From: a virus
Lineage: Duplodnaviria; Caudoviricetes
DNA length: 59,906 bases
Virus record (IMG/VR): IMGVR_UViG_3300006789_000024
Span: 1-59,906 of that record
Strand: one strand, 5' to 3'
Shown in pieces: positions 35,700 through 46,256 of the stretch (position 1 is the first letter of the stretch; each line of letters opens with the position of its first letter). Both the position numbers and the translations under genes were made by a program. The notes under the pieces are model-generated. The model searched no databases and was not told where the DNA came from. It saw nothing but the letters and a program-made list of their open reading frames with translations.

Positions 35700-37520
35700 A
35701 TGGCAGATTTCAAATATTTACAAAAGTCTAGAATTAAGACAAAAGAAATGATAAGTGATACTCAAACTTTTATAAGTAGAGTATACAGTAGAGCGGGTAC
35801 TTTGTTTACTTCAGCCTCACCATTTGCTCAAATATTAAATGTATTACAAGAGCTTTCAACTTTTATTTTCCACTACATAGAAGATGCGATGGTGGAACAA
35901 AACATATTAACAGCTCAACATAAAGAATCTATATATGGTTTATCAAGGCTTGCAGGTCACGATCCATTTAGAGGCACTGCAGCACAGGGTGAAATAAGAA
36001 TTAGATTAAATCCAACAACTATTTCTGAAGTAGCTGGAGATGCTATCAACATATTACCAGATAGTATAATTAAAATGGAAGCTAATAGTCTAAAATATAC
36101 TATGCTAACTAATTCAGATAAATTTAGAATTTCAAAAACATCTACTAATTTTATTAGAATACCTATAATTCAAGGAGAAGTTGAGAGACAAACAGTTACC
36201 GGTACCGGAGAAAAGTTTCAATCTTTTAATATAATAACTAAAGAAAATACCGACCACAATCATGTTAAAGTTTCTGTAAATAGTATTGTATGGCAGAAAT
36301 ATGATTCTATATATGATATGAAAGTTGGAACTGCAGGGTTTATTGTAAAAACTGGAATTACTGGAGGGTTAGATGTTTATTTTGGAAATGGAAGTTTTGG
36401 AGCTCTTCCCCCTTTAGGAAGTTCTATAGAGATTCAATATATTAAAAATAAAGGAGATAACGGTAATTTAATTGGAGGTAAAAACTTAAAATTTAAGTTT
36501 GAAGATGATGGGTTTGATAGTATAGGAAATTCATATGACCTAAACGAACTACTAGAGACTGAAGTATCAGTAACGCCTAGAATGGGTTCAAATCCTGAAA
36601 GTATAGAACTTACAAAACTTATTGCCCCACTACAATCACATGCATTTGTATTAGCGACTCCAGATAATTATGAGGCATTTTTATCTCAATATGGTATGTT
36701 TTCATATTTAGATGCATATAGTACTACCGATGACGGATATTTAGATGATGATAATGTTATTTATTTATTTATGTTGCCTGATATTAAGAGAAAACTTATT
36801 AAAAATAAAGATTATTTTAGTCTAGCTATTGATGAATTTTTCTTTTCTGAGGACGAGGAAAATGCGGTGTTGGATATAATTGAAAAATCAGGTAGACAAA
36901 TGCTGACTTCAGAAGTTAAAATTACTCCGCCATCCCCTCAATATTTTAGAATGGATATTAAGGTAAGGTATTTTGAAGGATATGATAAACACGGTATTTT
37001 TAATGATATAAGAAGTAAAATATCAGAATATCTTATGAACATTACTCGTAGGGATAGATTACCAAAATCTGATATAATTGCTATACTAGAAGGTGTTAAA
37101 GGTATTGACTCGGTTAATGTGCGTTTTGTCAGTAAGGCGGAAGAAGATGCTAGAAAAAATGGTTATTATGTTTCAGAAACTGTGACTATTACCCCAAATA
37201 CTCCAATACTTGAAGATATAGGAAATGGACAACAAAAGATGGTTTACTTCAAAAGAACAGTTAAGACCAAAAATGTTAGATTTGAAGAAGGTGCAGCTCT
37301 TCCAGAATATGTAATAAACTTAGATTCATTTGGAGATATTCTTTTAGAAAAAGATGAGGTAGCATTATTTAGAGGCGGCTGGGAAGATAGAGATGGAATA
37401 TTAGTAGATGATGATGCTTTAATCGGGGAGATGGGAGCACTTTCAGTTTATTTTGATGACCCACCAGTTCCTCAAACTATATTTACTAGGATTCAGGCAA
37501 AAAATAGAAAATCAATATAA
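35700..37520 (+). CDS. baseplate wedge protein (gp6/J-like)
   Basis: EQNILTAQ..SIY.L..LAG, VYFGNGSFG..P, G.NPES, LATPDNYE. Confidence 0.85.
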   Translation: MADFKYLQKSRIKTKEMISDTQTFISRVYSRAGTLFTSASPFAQILNVLQELSTFIFHYIEDAMVEQNILTAQHKESIYGLSRLAGHDPFRGTAAQGEIRIRLNPTTISEVAGDAINILPDSIIKMEANSLKYTMLTNSDKFRISKTSTNFIRIPIIQGEVERQTVTGTGEKFQSFNIITKENTDHNHVKVSVNSIVWQKYDSIYDMKVGTAGFIVKTGITGGLDVYFGNGSFGALPPLGSSIEIQYIKNKGDNGNLIGGKNLKFKFEDDGFDSIGNSYDLNELLETEVSVTPRMGSNPESIELTKLIAPLQSHAFVLATPDNYEAFLSQYGMFSYLDAYSTTDDGYLDDDNVIYLFMLPDIKRKLIKNKDYFSLAIDEFFFSEDEENAVLDIIEKSGRQMLTSEVKITPPSPQYFRMDIKVRYFEGYDKHGIFNDIRSKISEYLMNITRRDRLPKSDIIAILEGVKGIDSVNVRFVSKAEEDARKNGYYVSETVTITPNTPILEDIGNGQQKMVYFKRTVKTKNVRFEEGAALPEYVINLDSFGDILLEKDEVALFRGGWEDRDGILVDDDALIGEMGALSVYFDDPPVPQTIFTRIQAKNRKSI

Positions 37521-37795
37521 TGGCTGTTAAATTAACTGATGGTTTATTCAAAAGTAGAAGAGTTAAGATATATCAGGTTTCAAGACAAATTTCAGATGAT
37601 AGAAAAAACTTACCTAATAATTATAGAATAAATATACTAAAGAACTCTATATCGTCTCATATTTTTAGAAATAATCAAATGTGGGATTTTATAACCTATA
37701 TACAAGATGTTGTTGCAAATTGGGTTGATGCTGTCAACGAAATAAAAGTGTTCAAATCTTTCACTGTAAAAAAGGACTATAAAAATATTAGGTAA
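37520..37795 (+). CDS. small baseplate-associated protein
   Basis: TAATG-coupled on both sides. Confidence 0.65.
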   Translation: MAVKLTDGLFKSRRVKIYQVSRQISDDRKNLPNNYRINILKNSISSHIFRNNQMWDFITYIQDVVANWVDAVNEIKVFKSFTVKKDYKNIR

Positions 37796-40700
37796 TGAGT
37801 AGATATTCAAATCTTAAATTCTTTGATAGTAATTCCGATGAATTGAATCTTAATTATGATTCAATTACACAGGCATGGGACGGTATAGTATATCTTCCTG
37901 AAGTCTCTGTTGGTTTATACGAAACTCTAACTATTTATATTTTAGAAGAAGTTAGGGGAGAACTTGGTGAAACTAAGTATATTAAACCAATAACACCAAC
38001 AACGTCTTTATTAAATGACACGATATTAGTAAGCTTTGAAGGCGGGTATGATACAAGTATCGAGTCTAATGGAGTTAACAATGATATTTCGCTATATTCT
38101 ACAACAACAGAAATTATTAAGGTTAATGGAGAGCAAATTCCAGAACTTTATATCAAACATGAAGAATCTCAAAATAAAACAAGGAATCCTCAAAGTATAG
38201 TTACTGGAACCGATCCTTCAGGAATTTTTGATACAGTCTTAAGTTTAGTACCAAATGAACCTATTCAAATTAACGTGTCATTAAGGTCCGAATTAGAAAC
38301 GTATCATAAAAGAAATTTAGTAATACATGAAGTAGATGCTAGTGGAAATATAACACATGTTATAGCGACAATTAGAATATACGGAGAGACTGTTGCTGAA
38401 GATGAAAGATTAGAGGCTTTAATATCTAATATTGGTATGTCTCTTTCGCCATCTGACCATTTTGTTTTTGAAGATGCTAACTTAAGAGAGTCTAGCCCTG
38501 ATTGGAACCTTATTAACAGGAAAAGAAGAGAACTTCTTTTAGAAGCTTCAAATATTAAACCATTTATAGGAACATATAAAGCTCTATTAAATGCTATTAA
38601 ATATTTTGGATATGAAAATATAACTCTTAAAGAGTATTATCTAAATATAAATGAGCAGGCTGAAAACTTTGGTAAACTAAAGGCGGTAGCTGTACCAAAT
38701 CAAGAGATTAAAGGATTCTTAGCTGCAAAAAGTACACTGAGCGGCGGCTTGCTGCCAAACTCAAATCTAAAAAAGACTTCAAGATTCTCATTAGTTTATA
38801 GATTAAATAATGCTACAGGAGAATATGACAAATGGGATATTCCAAAAGTTAAAGAAGCATTATTGTTTTCTCCTGATGAAATTTTAATTAAATTATATGG
38901 GCTTAAAGATAGATTACAATTATCTTACATTCCGATGCATGCTAAAATAGTTGATATTTGCGGTGAAGGAGATTACTTTGCTCAATTCAATATAAATACA
39001 TGGAATAATCAACAAAACATTTATAGTGTAAATGAAGGTGTAGATGTTGGATATAAACTTTTCCCAGAAAGACCACTATTCCTAGAAGACTTAAGAAAAG
39101 TTAGCCCATTATTTACTGGAATAAATCAAGATTTTACAGAACTTACAGGCATATATGATATAGATGCTGGAGCGCAAGCATGGTGGAAATTGGGAGAGGG
39201 TGATAATCACCCAAAAGCGATTGACCATATAGGTAATAATATTGGTATATTAAAGGATATGGCTGCTGGTGTAGATACTATATTTGCAGTTGACCATGTT
39301 GCTGGATCGGAAATATTATACGTAGAAGACGCAAGCACTTGGTCAGATACTCATAATATAACATACGATGGAGCTGTAATTAAGCCAGCAAATCTGATTT
39401 CATGGTCAGAAGTTGATAATTCGACTCTTATTACTGCTGTTACGACAAGTGGTGCATATAATACAACAGCTGCCGGTAATTTAACTTTATCAGGAAACTT
39501 AGCGGATTGGCCACATAAAGGAAGTATATTAGTAGACGGTGAAACTATTGATTATTCCGGAATTATAGGACAGAATTTAACAGTTACGTCATGTACCACA
39601 GTTAACACTGGTTCTCCTTATAATATTCCATCTGGTACAGCTATTACACAATCTACTGTGCTGTATCATCCTAACAGTTGGGTGACTAATAGCGGTACTT
39701 GTTATTATACTCATGCAGGTGGGGTTGCTGGTTTTGGTGGAACAACAGTGCCTCCAGTTCATTCATCTGGAAGCGTATTAGATGGACCAACTGGAGTTTT
39801 ATGGGTACATGTACCAAATGGAACTGCAAATAATGACGCAATTGCTAGGTCTACGCCAATAGGTATTTATCCTAAAAATGCAGCGCTAACGGTTACGGAT
39901 TATACTCCAGAAATATCATTTACAACAACATTAAATAATGGTGGTGTACTTGGGTTTGCTGATACTGAGTGTACATTAACTTCAGTCACGGGCTTAAGAA
40001 ATGCAGGAATAATAACAATTTCTGGTGGTACAACCATTAGATATTCAGGAATAACTGGGTTAAAGCTTACTGGATGTGTTTCTTCTATTACATCAGGTTT
40101 TATACTAGATGGCAGCGCAACAGTATCACAGCGAGGTTTTTGGGAAATAGCTACTCTTCGATCGAAGACACAAACTTCTATTGTTAGAGGAGCTAAAGTT
40201 TCTAATACCGCTTTTTCAAACGATAGTCCGCATCAAACAAAAAGTACTAAATCTCTATCATTTGACGCTAAAAGTGATTATGTTTCTGTACCGTTCGTTA
40301 ATAAGAATATTAGACCTGAGAATGCGTTAACTCTGAATGTTTGGGTAAAACATGATAGTTGGCTACCGTCCAATACAACATCATACAACCCAAATAACGC
40401 AATACAGCATATAATTAGTTGTCATACTGCTCCTGGCGGGTTTAAGATATATTACGAAGGTGGTAGAATATACGCTTCAGTTACGGTAAGAGATGATTCT
40501 GCTTCAGGGTATACAAATAAAATGGTTGGAACATCATACAATGTATTTAATGCTACAATTAATGGAAATCAATCTACATCGGGGCAGAATGCTAACGTTC
40601 CAGTTGGAGGGGTTGCCCTTAACTATCTTGGGGATGCTGCTAATAATGATTGGTTCATGTTAACATGTACGTTCGATGGAAGGTATATAAAATTATATGT

Positions 40701-43662
40701 AAATGGCGAGCTAGTTGACCAGCCTGGAACTGTAGTTAATGGTATTATGGTAGGTGGACCTGCAATATCTGATTTAGGGTCATATGGCAACGAAATATAT
40801 TATGACAAAGACGAACCTATAGACTTACATCTTGGTGGTCAAGCGAAATGGAATGTTAATACAACTATAAATAATTTTTTACATTGGGATGGTCTAATAG
40901 ACGATGCTTCAATATGGAATACACCATTAAGCGCGGCTAGAATTAAAGAATTATATAGTGGGGTCGAGCCAAGTAATACGCCTTCTCTTACTGATAATCC
41001 TATAGATGATATTACTTTATTTTATACAAACTATACAGACACTGATTTATCTACATTTTCTGAATTTGATATTCCAGTAGGATGTCCAATCGTACTTAGA
41101 GCTAATTCTTTATTAGATACATTTGATGATTGTAATTTTACATGGGAAGATGGAGAAGATGAAGGAGAACTTACAACATCATGGAATAAATGGTGGCATA
41201 GAAACGTATATGAAATTCAATGGAGGTTAATAGGACCTACGGTTAATGGAGTAAAATATGATAGAAGTTTTAGAGGAGATACAAATAGTTTTTATGAGAT
41301 AGCACTGACACTTCCATATATTGGTAAATATGATATTGAGCTTTCATTATATGATTTGTATAATGTTAGAAGTGTTAAATTTGAAAAAGAAGCAATTGAA
41401 GTAAAATCTAAAGAAATTGAAACATATGCAATTACCCAAATGCATGTTCCAAAAAGAGATTGGAATGAATATGTTCTATATTCATGGGAAGATTCAGCTA
41501 CAAATTGGGATACTGCCAATGAAAATGAAGAGAATCTTGAAGAATTTGAAGCTTCATATTATCTTACATTAGATAGAGCGAATTATGCAAATTCTGATGC
41601 TGATTGGAAAAAATCAACAATAGTTAGATATTCAGACGCAAGTCAGGCTAGTGGCTTTAACAGTACTCCTGGTCCATATGTTTGGGAAAACCTTACATCA
41701 CATAATTGGAATAGCGGAGCAACAATGTCTTGGAGCACAACATATGTTGGCGCTGATATAAACGCAGCATTCTCATTTGATATTGCAGATAATCAAAATG
41801 TAAATTTAACGTTAACTTGGTATGAAGGGATTAGTACAACTTTATCTACTGATACATACACAGCATCAATACAACCAACTGCAAATACAGATTTAACAAA
41901 TTGGGATTTAATAGCGGATGAATTAAATAATCTAAAAGGTAATACTATAGCAGACTATGGTCTAATGGCTACCACGGTTTCTATTAACAATGGTGTTGTT
42001 TCAGATTGTCCTACTCAAATTGCTTCTGCATCGGCGTCAGGAGATACTATATTATACGCAAAAAATGCAAGCAACTATCTAGCAACTGGTACTAATAATA
42101 TAACATATACAAATGCGGCTCCAGCTGTCGTAAATGCGACATGTACTGCGATAGTTAATTATACAGTACAGAATTTTATGGATTCTACAGATATAACTGC
42201 TAACGTAACAGCTCTAACATGTGCTGCTTATACTAAAGGTGCGTTTGGTACCGTAACTATAAGTGGTGCTATGACAAATTGGCCAAATGCGGGTGCCGTG
42301 TCTGTTACGGGCGGAGGAACTCTTAGATATAGTAGTAGAACATCAACACAGTTAACTGTTATTTCAGATAGTGGTATTACTATGACTAAAGATTCTCCTA
42401 ATAGTACTTTTGTTTCTGCACCATCTACTGGTGATACTACAATATATGTTGCTAACGCAGCTGATTGGATTCAAAATAGTACAAATACTATAACATATCA
42501 AACTAATGCGCCAGCTCCAGTAACGCTTTCACCAACAACAATAACAAACCATTCGACAACTGATTCTTCTGGTATTGTGACAGCTGTTTCTGTAGACGGT
42601 GCGTATAACACAACTGCCGCAGGTAATATAACTTTAACTGGAAATTTAACACAATGGCCAACTAAAGGAACTTTGGTAGTAGATGGAGAAAGTATTGTTT
42701 ACTCTGCAATAACAGGGCAGGTATTAACTGTTACTTCATGTACTACGGTTAATGCTGGTTCTCCTTATAATATTCCTGATACTACAGCTTGTACGAACGT
42801 AACAGGAATAGGATGGGAAGTAGACCTTGATATTCCTTTTCCTGCTGGCGCTACAAATAATGGTAATACTATTAAAGGAACTGTTTATGGCTGGGTTGCG
42901 GCTACAGCTTGTGTATCTGTAATGGGATATTACGAACTAACAGTTGGAGCTATTCCTGCAGCTACATTAGAAGCTGACCCACTTAATGGACAATCTCTTG
43001 GGTTTGCTAGTGGTGGAGCAACACTAACGTTAGCTGGAACATTAACTAATTGGCCTAACACGGGTTCTATAGTTGTTGATGGATATACTATTGAATATAA
43101 TGATATAGCTGGACAGGTACTTACTATAATGTCAGATAATGTCCTATGTTCACCAGTGGCAGATACTACATTTATTACTTCTGTTAAAGAAAAAGAATAT
43201 CCACAACTATCTAAATATACATACAATGCTGTAAAGGTTGATACAAATAACGATGGTATTTTAGATACATGTGATTGGATGCTGGCGACTGCCAATGGTG
43301 CAGATAAAATGCATGACTATGATACTATAACAATAGGTGCGGGTACTGGTGTTTTATTAAAACATAATAAATTTGAACCATGTAATCCAACATATGACAA
43401 TGCTAAAATAATAAAACAGCATGAGATACATAATATACTTAATCATTTTACTTTTTCATGTGATAATTCAGAAGTACCGGGTATTAAGAAACAGGAATGG
43501 ACATTGAAAAATAACTCAAAAAATATTAATGATATATACTATAATAATAGGTGGTTAACTTATGTGTTTGACGAAACTGGAGATTATACAGTAGGTTTGA
43601 AAATAACAGACGTTAATGGCAATGAAATTAAAACAACAAAAAACATATTAACAATAAAATAA
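37795..43662 (+). CDS. large baseplate wedge / attachment protein (gp7-like) with LamG, repeats and PKD-like end
   Basis: IGTYKALLNAIKYFG wedge-like motif; LamG (TLNVWVK, WFMLTCTFDG..KLYVNG, GLIDDASIWN); F.ETGDYTVGLKITD.NG. Confidence 0.7.
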   Translation: MSRYSNLKFFDSNSDELNLNYDSITQAWDGIVYLPEVSVGLYETLTIYILEEVRGELGETKYIKPITPTTSLLNDTILVSFEGGYDTSIESNGVNNDISLYSTTTEIIKVNGEQIPELYIKHEESQNKTRNPQSIVTGTDPSGIFDTVLSLVPNEPIQINVSLRSELETYHKRNLVIHEVDASGNITHVIATIRIYGETVAEDERLEALISNIGMSLSPSDHFVFEDANLRESSPDWNLINRKRRELLLEASNIKPFIGTYKALLNAIKYFGYENITLKEYYLNINEQAENFGKLKAVAVPNQEIKGFLAAKSTLSGGLLPNSNLKKTSRFSLVYRLNNATGEYDKWDIPKVKEALLFSPDEILIKLYGLKDRLQLSYIPMHAKIVDICGEGDYFAQFNINTWNNQQNIYSVNEGVDVGYKLFPERPLFLEDLRKVSPLFTGINQDFTELTGIYDIDAGAQAWWKLGEGDNHPKAIDHIGNNIGILKDMAAGVDTIFAVDHVAGSEILYVEDASTWSDTHNITYDGAVIKPANLISWSEVDNSTLITAVTTSGAYNTTAAGNLTLSGNLADWPHKGSILVDGETIDYSGIIGQNLTVTSCTTVNTGSPYNIPSGTAITQSTVLYHPNSWVTNSGTCYYTHAGGVAGFGGTTVPPVHSSGSVLDGPTGVLWVHVPNGTANNDAIARSTPIGIYPKNAALTVTDYTPEISFTTTLNNGGVLGFADTECTLTSVTGLRNAGIITISGGTTIRYSGITGLKLTGCVSSITSGFILDGSATVSQRGFWEIATLRSKTQTSIVRGAKVSNTAFSNDSPHQTKSTKSLSFDAKSDYVSVPFVNKNIRPENALTLNVWVKHDSWLPSNTTSYNPNNAIQHIISCHTAPGGFKIYYEGGRIYASVTVRDDSASGYTNKMVGTSYNVFNATINGNQSTSGQNANVPVGGVALNYLGDAANNDWFMLTCTFDGRYIKLYVNGELVDQPGTVVNGIMVGGPAISDLGSYGNEIYYDKDEPIDLHLGGQAKWNVNTTINNFLHWDGLIDDASIWNTPLSAARIKELYSGVEPSNTPSLTDNPIDDITLFYTNYTDTDLSTFSEFDIPVGCPIVLRANSLLDTFDDCNFTWEDGEDEGELTTSWNKWWHRNVYEIQWRLIGPTVNGVKYDRSFRGDTNSFYEIALTLPYIGKYDIELSLYDLYNVRSVKFEKEAIEVKSKEIETYAITQMHVPKRDWNEYVLYSWEDSATNWDTANENEENLEEFEASYYLTLDRANYANSDADWKKSTIVRYSDASQASGFNSTPGPYVWENLTSHNWNSGATMSWSTTYVGADINAAFSFDIADNQNVNLTLTWYEGISTTLSTDTYTASIQPTANTDLTNWDLIADELNNLKGNTIADYGLMATTVSINNGVVSDCPTQIASASASGDTILYAKNASNYLATGTNNITYTNAAPAVVNATCTAIVNYTVQNFMDSTDITANVTALTCAAYTKGAFGTVTISGAMTNWPNAGAVSVTGGGTLRYSSRTSTQLTVISDSGITMTKDSPNSTFVSAPSTGDTTIYVANAADWIQNSTNTITYQTNAPAPVTLSPTTITNHSTTDSSGIVTAVSVDGAYNTTAAGNITLTGNLTQWPTKGTLVVDGESIVYSAITGQVLTVTSCTTVNAGSPYNIPDTTACTNVTGIGWEVDLDIPFPAGATNNGNTIKGTVYGWVAATACVSVMGYYELTVGAIPAATLEADPLNGQSLGFASGGATLTLAGTLTNWPNTGSIVVDGYTIEYNDIAGQVLTIMSDNVLCSPVADTTFITSVKEKEYPQLSKYTYNAVKVDTNNDGILDTCDWMLATANGADKMHDYDTITIGAGTGVLLKHNKFEPCNPTYDNAKIIKQHEIHNILNHFTFSCDNSEVPGIKKQEWTLKNNSKNINDIYYNNRWLTYVFDETGDYTVGLKITDVNGNEIKTTKNILTIK
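39433..39642 (+). repeat. internal ~70-aa duplicated module, copy 1 (copy 2 at 42580..42789)
   Basis: GAYNTTAAGN.TL.GNL..WP.KG...VDGE.I.YS.I.GQ.LTVTSCTTVN.GSPYNIP present in both copies. Confidence 0.85.
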
Positions 43663-43666
43663 AACT

Positions 43667-44224
43667 ATGGCGACAATTTACACTATACTAGGAACAGACA
43701 GTATTTCTTCATCAAGATTACACTTGAACAATAACTTTGATTCTATAAATACAGAGCTTACTGATCTGGGTTTGTTATTGAATACTGCTGCGCAGAATTT
43801 GACATTGACTGGAAATGTTAGTGCATATGATGGAACTTTTACAAATAATCTAAACGTTACTGCTACAACTACATTAGCAGGAGCCTTAAACGTTACTGGT
43901 AATGTTTCAACAAGTGGAGCAATACAACAAAGCGTAATTGGACCGGCAACTACATTACCAACAGTGAACGGAACCTTTAACCACTATTCTTATTTAATGA
44001 CAAACACGGGTAACCTTGCTCTTAACTTAGTTGATGGTTCTCAAGGACAAGAGATTATGATAGTTTCTGATAGTAATGCTGGAAACTGTGTAATTACTGA
44101 AGTATCTTCAAATTTAGCAGAATATACTACGATTACACTGGTTGCTTATGCTCACGTTACTTTAAGATTTATTAACAGTATCTGGTATGTTGTGGGTAGC
44201 TCTGCAAATACGGTATTAGCTTAA
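43667..44224 (+). CDS. virion structural protein
   Basis: ILGTDSISSSR..LN.NF N-terminal anchor-like segment, beta-rich repeats. Confidence 0.65.
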   Translation: MATIYTILGTDSISSSRLHLNNNFDSINTELTDLGLLLNTAAQNLTLTGNVSAYDGTFTNNLNVTATTTLAGALNVTGNVSTSGAIQQSVIGPATTLPTVNGTFNHYSYLMTNTGNLALNLVDGSQGQEIMIVSDSNAGNCVITEVSSNLAEYTTITLVAYAHVTLRFINSIWYVVGSSANTVLA

Positions 44225-44250
44225 TAATAAAAATTAAATAAACTCTATAG

Positions 44251-46251
44251 ATGGCTACTCCACTAATTAGAACACCAAAAGACCAAGGAGGTACTATGTA
44301 CGCATTTGCAAGTGCTGCAAAGGACCTTACTAGGGCTTATTATAATCCAGACATAAACTTTGAATACTCAAAGTTTGCTTTGATTGATTTACCTGTCGTT
44401 GATTCACCGTCTGGTGCTGATAATTTCATACAATTTGAAAGACTTAGAAATTCTACAGTAGGTGGAGCAGGAGCAAGTTATTTGACAGCGAATGCAGACG
44501 CAAATGTAGATTGGGCGTTGACTTTTCAAAATTATGCATTAAATTTAGAAGATTACATATTATCTGATGATGATTATGATTCAGTGTTATTTGAGAGTGA
44601 TGCAGAAAAAATATTCTTCAAATACTTAAATCAAATTGGAGCATTTAGAACTCGTGCGGCGACATCACAAGAGGCTGTAAATAGTAGATTAGTTGAAGAA
44701 GATAATTCTTCTGCTGCTGGTACGGAATATAGTAGAGTTGTAAAATATTTAGGTAATATAGACGTATCAAATGATAAACAATACGGTGGAGAGGCATATA
44801 ACGAAATTTTTATAAACGTTCCTTCTGCTGTTGGATATACTCCTAATATTTTATTTAAGGAATCAAACTATAATACAACAGAAACTGACTATATACCACA
44901 AACTTTATTTATAAATGGTAGAACTAGTCAAATCCACCCTGACCCAAATTTAGATATGCAACCTATTGTCGATTATACTGATGCGACTGGTGGAAATGGT
45001 TCAGCAAATCCAAATGCAGCTGGGGTATATAATGTAGACCCAAACCAAGTGACGCATTGCGGTCTTGAGTGGGGTAACGAAGAGTATGCTAAAATTGTAA
45101 GCGACGCTGAACTTGATAATTTACAAGACTATGCAAAAAGAGGTGGAGATTTTAGGTTTAATGCTATATTAGTATACTATGACATATATTCTAAGTCTCA
45201 GCCAAGTAATAGAGCTACAAACTTATATGGTGTTATATTATTAGATAATTTTAAGGACGATCCTAATTCTACAGGATGGTATATTCCTGAGCTGACAAAG
45301 AATAAACCAAATGATATTACAGGATTAAATGGTAATTCTTTTGCTCTTAAGTTGAATGTTAAATTTAATTCATCATTAGATAATGTTGGTGTTGAAACAA
45401 ATATAAATGACTTTTCTACATTTTCAATGGATATATTCTTTGATACAACATCCTCACTTGAAAACGCTACAAAATTATTATTAGATGCTAACAAAAGATA
45501 TGCTGATGTTGCGGCTAGACTTGTAGACCTTGAAAATATAACTTTAACAAAAACAACATCTGAAGATTTAGAAACTAGAATACTTTCTTTAGAAACAAGC
45601 GTATCAAATGCTGTTCTAAATTATGCTGATTCTACATCAATACTTGATTTAATTACAAGCGCGAACGATAGAATTAACCAGTTAATATCTGGTGAAATAG
45701 ACGCAACAGTTCAAATCAATACTGATATTATTGTAGCTGGAGGAGATAGTGGTATTGCTATAACGAGGTCTGAAACTGACAATATAATTAAATTATCATC
45801 AAACAATGATGGTTATAATTTAAGTGGTAGTTATATTTTTGATAAAGCTGCACAAACACTTGATAGCGGTATAACATCTACTAATAAATTTCTTGGAGGT
45901 CTTGCAAGTACTAAGGGTGTTTGGTTAGGTCTTAGACCATTTAATAATATAATTAGAATTTACAATGATGGTACTCCGCTTTCAGATAATTTGAATATAT
46001 ACATAGACGATAGTAAATCAGGTTGGACCAAAGGACATGTTGTTAGAATTACATTCAGAGATAATATAGATATTCCTTCTGGGAAAACTATTAACATATT
46101 AATGGATAAACTGAATGGATGGGTAACGACAATAACAATACCAACAACTGAGCTAACGTTAAAAACCGGTACTTCAATATATAAACCATATATTGAAATA
46201 ATATGTACTGACCCGATTAACAAAACATTTGAAACCGACATTATTAGATAA
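44251..46251 (+). CDS. virion structural protein
   Basis: Structural module context; coiled-coil segment. Confidence 0.65.
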   Translation: MATPLIRTPKDQGGTMYAFASAAKDLTRAYYNPDINFEYSKFALIDLPVVDSPSGADNFIQFERLRNSTVGGAGASYLTANADANVDWALTFQNYALNLEDYILSDDDYDSVLFESDAEKIFFKYLNQIGAFRTRAATSQEAVNSRLVEEDNSSAAGTEYSRVVKYLGNIDVSNDKQYGGEAYNEIFINVPSAVGYTPNILFKESNYNTTETDYIPQTLFINGRTSQIHPDPNLDMQPIVDYTDATGGNGSANPNAAGVYNVDPNQVTHCGLEWGNEEYAKIVSDAELDNLQDYAKRGGDFRFNAILVYYDIYSKSQPSNRATNLYGVILLDNFKDDPNSTGWYIPELTKNKPNDITGLNGNSFALKLNVKFNSSLDNVGVETNINDFSTFSMDIFFDTTSSLENATKLLLDANKRYADVAARLVDLENITLTKTTSEDLETRILSLETSVSNAVLNYADSTSILDLITSANDRINQLISGEIDATVQINTDIIVAGGDSGIAITRSETDNIIKLSSNNDGYNLSGSYIFDKAAQTLDSGITSTNKFLGGLASTKGVWLGLRPFNNIIRIYNDGTPLSDNLNIYIDDSKSGWTKGHVVRITFRDNIDIPSGKTINILMDKLNGWVTTITIPTTELTLKTGTSIYKPYIEIICTDPINKTFETDIIR

Positions 46252-46256
46252 AAAAT

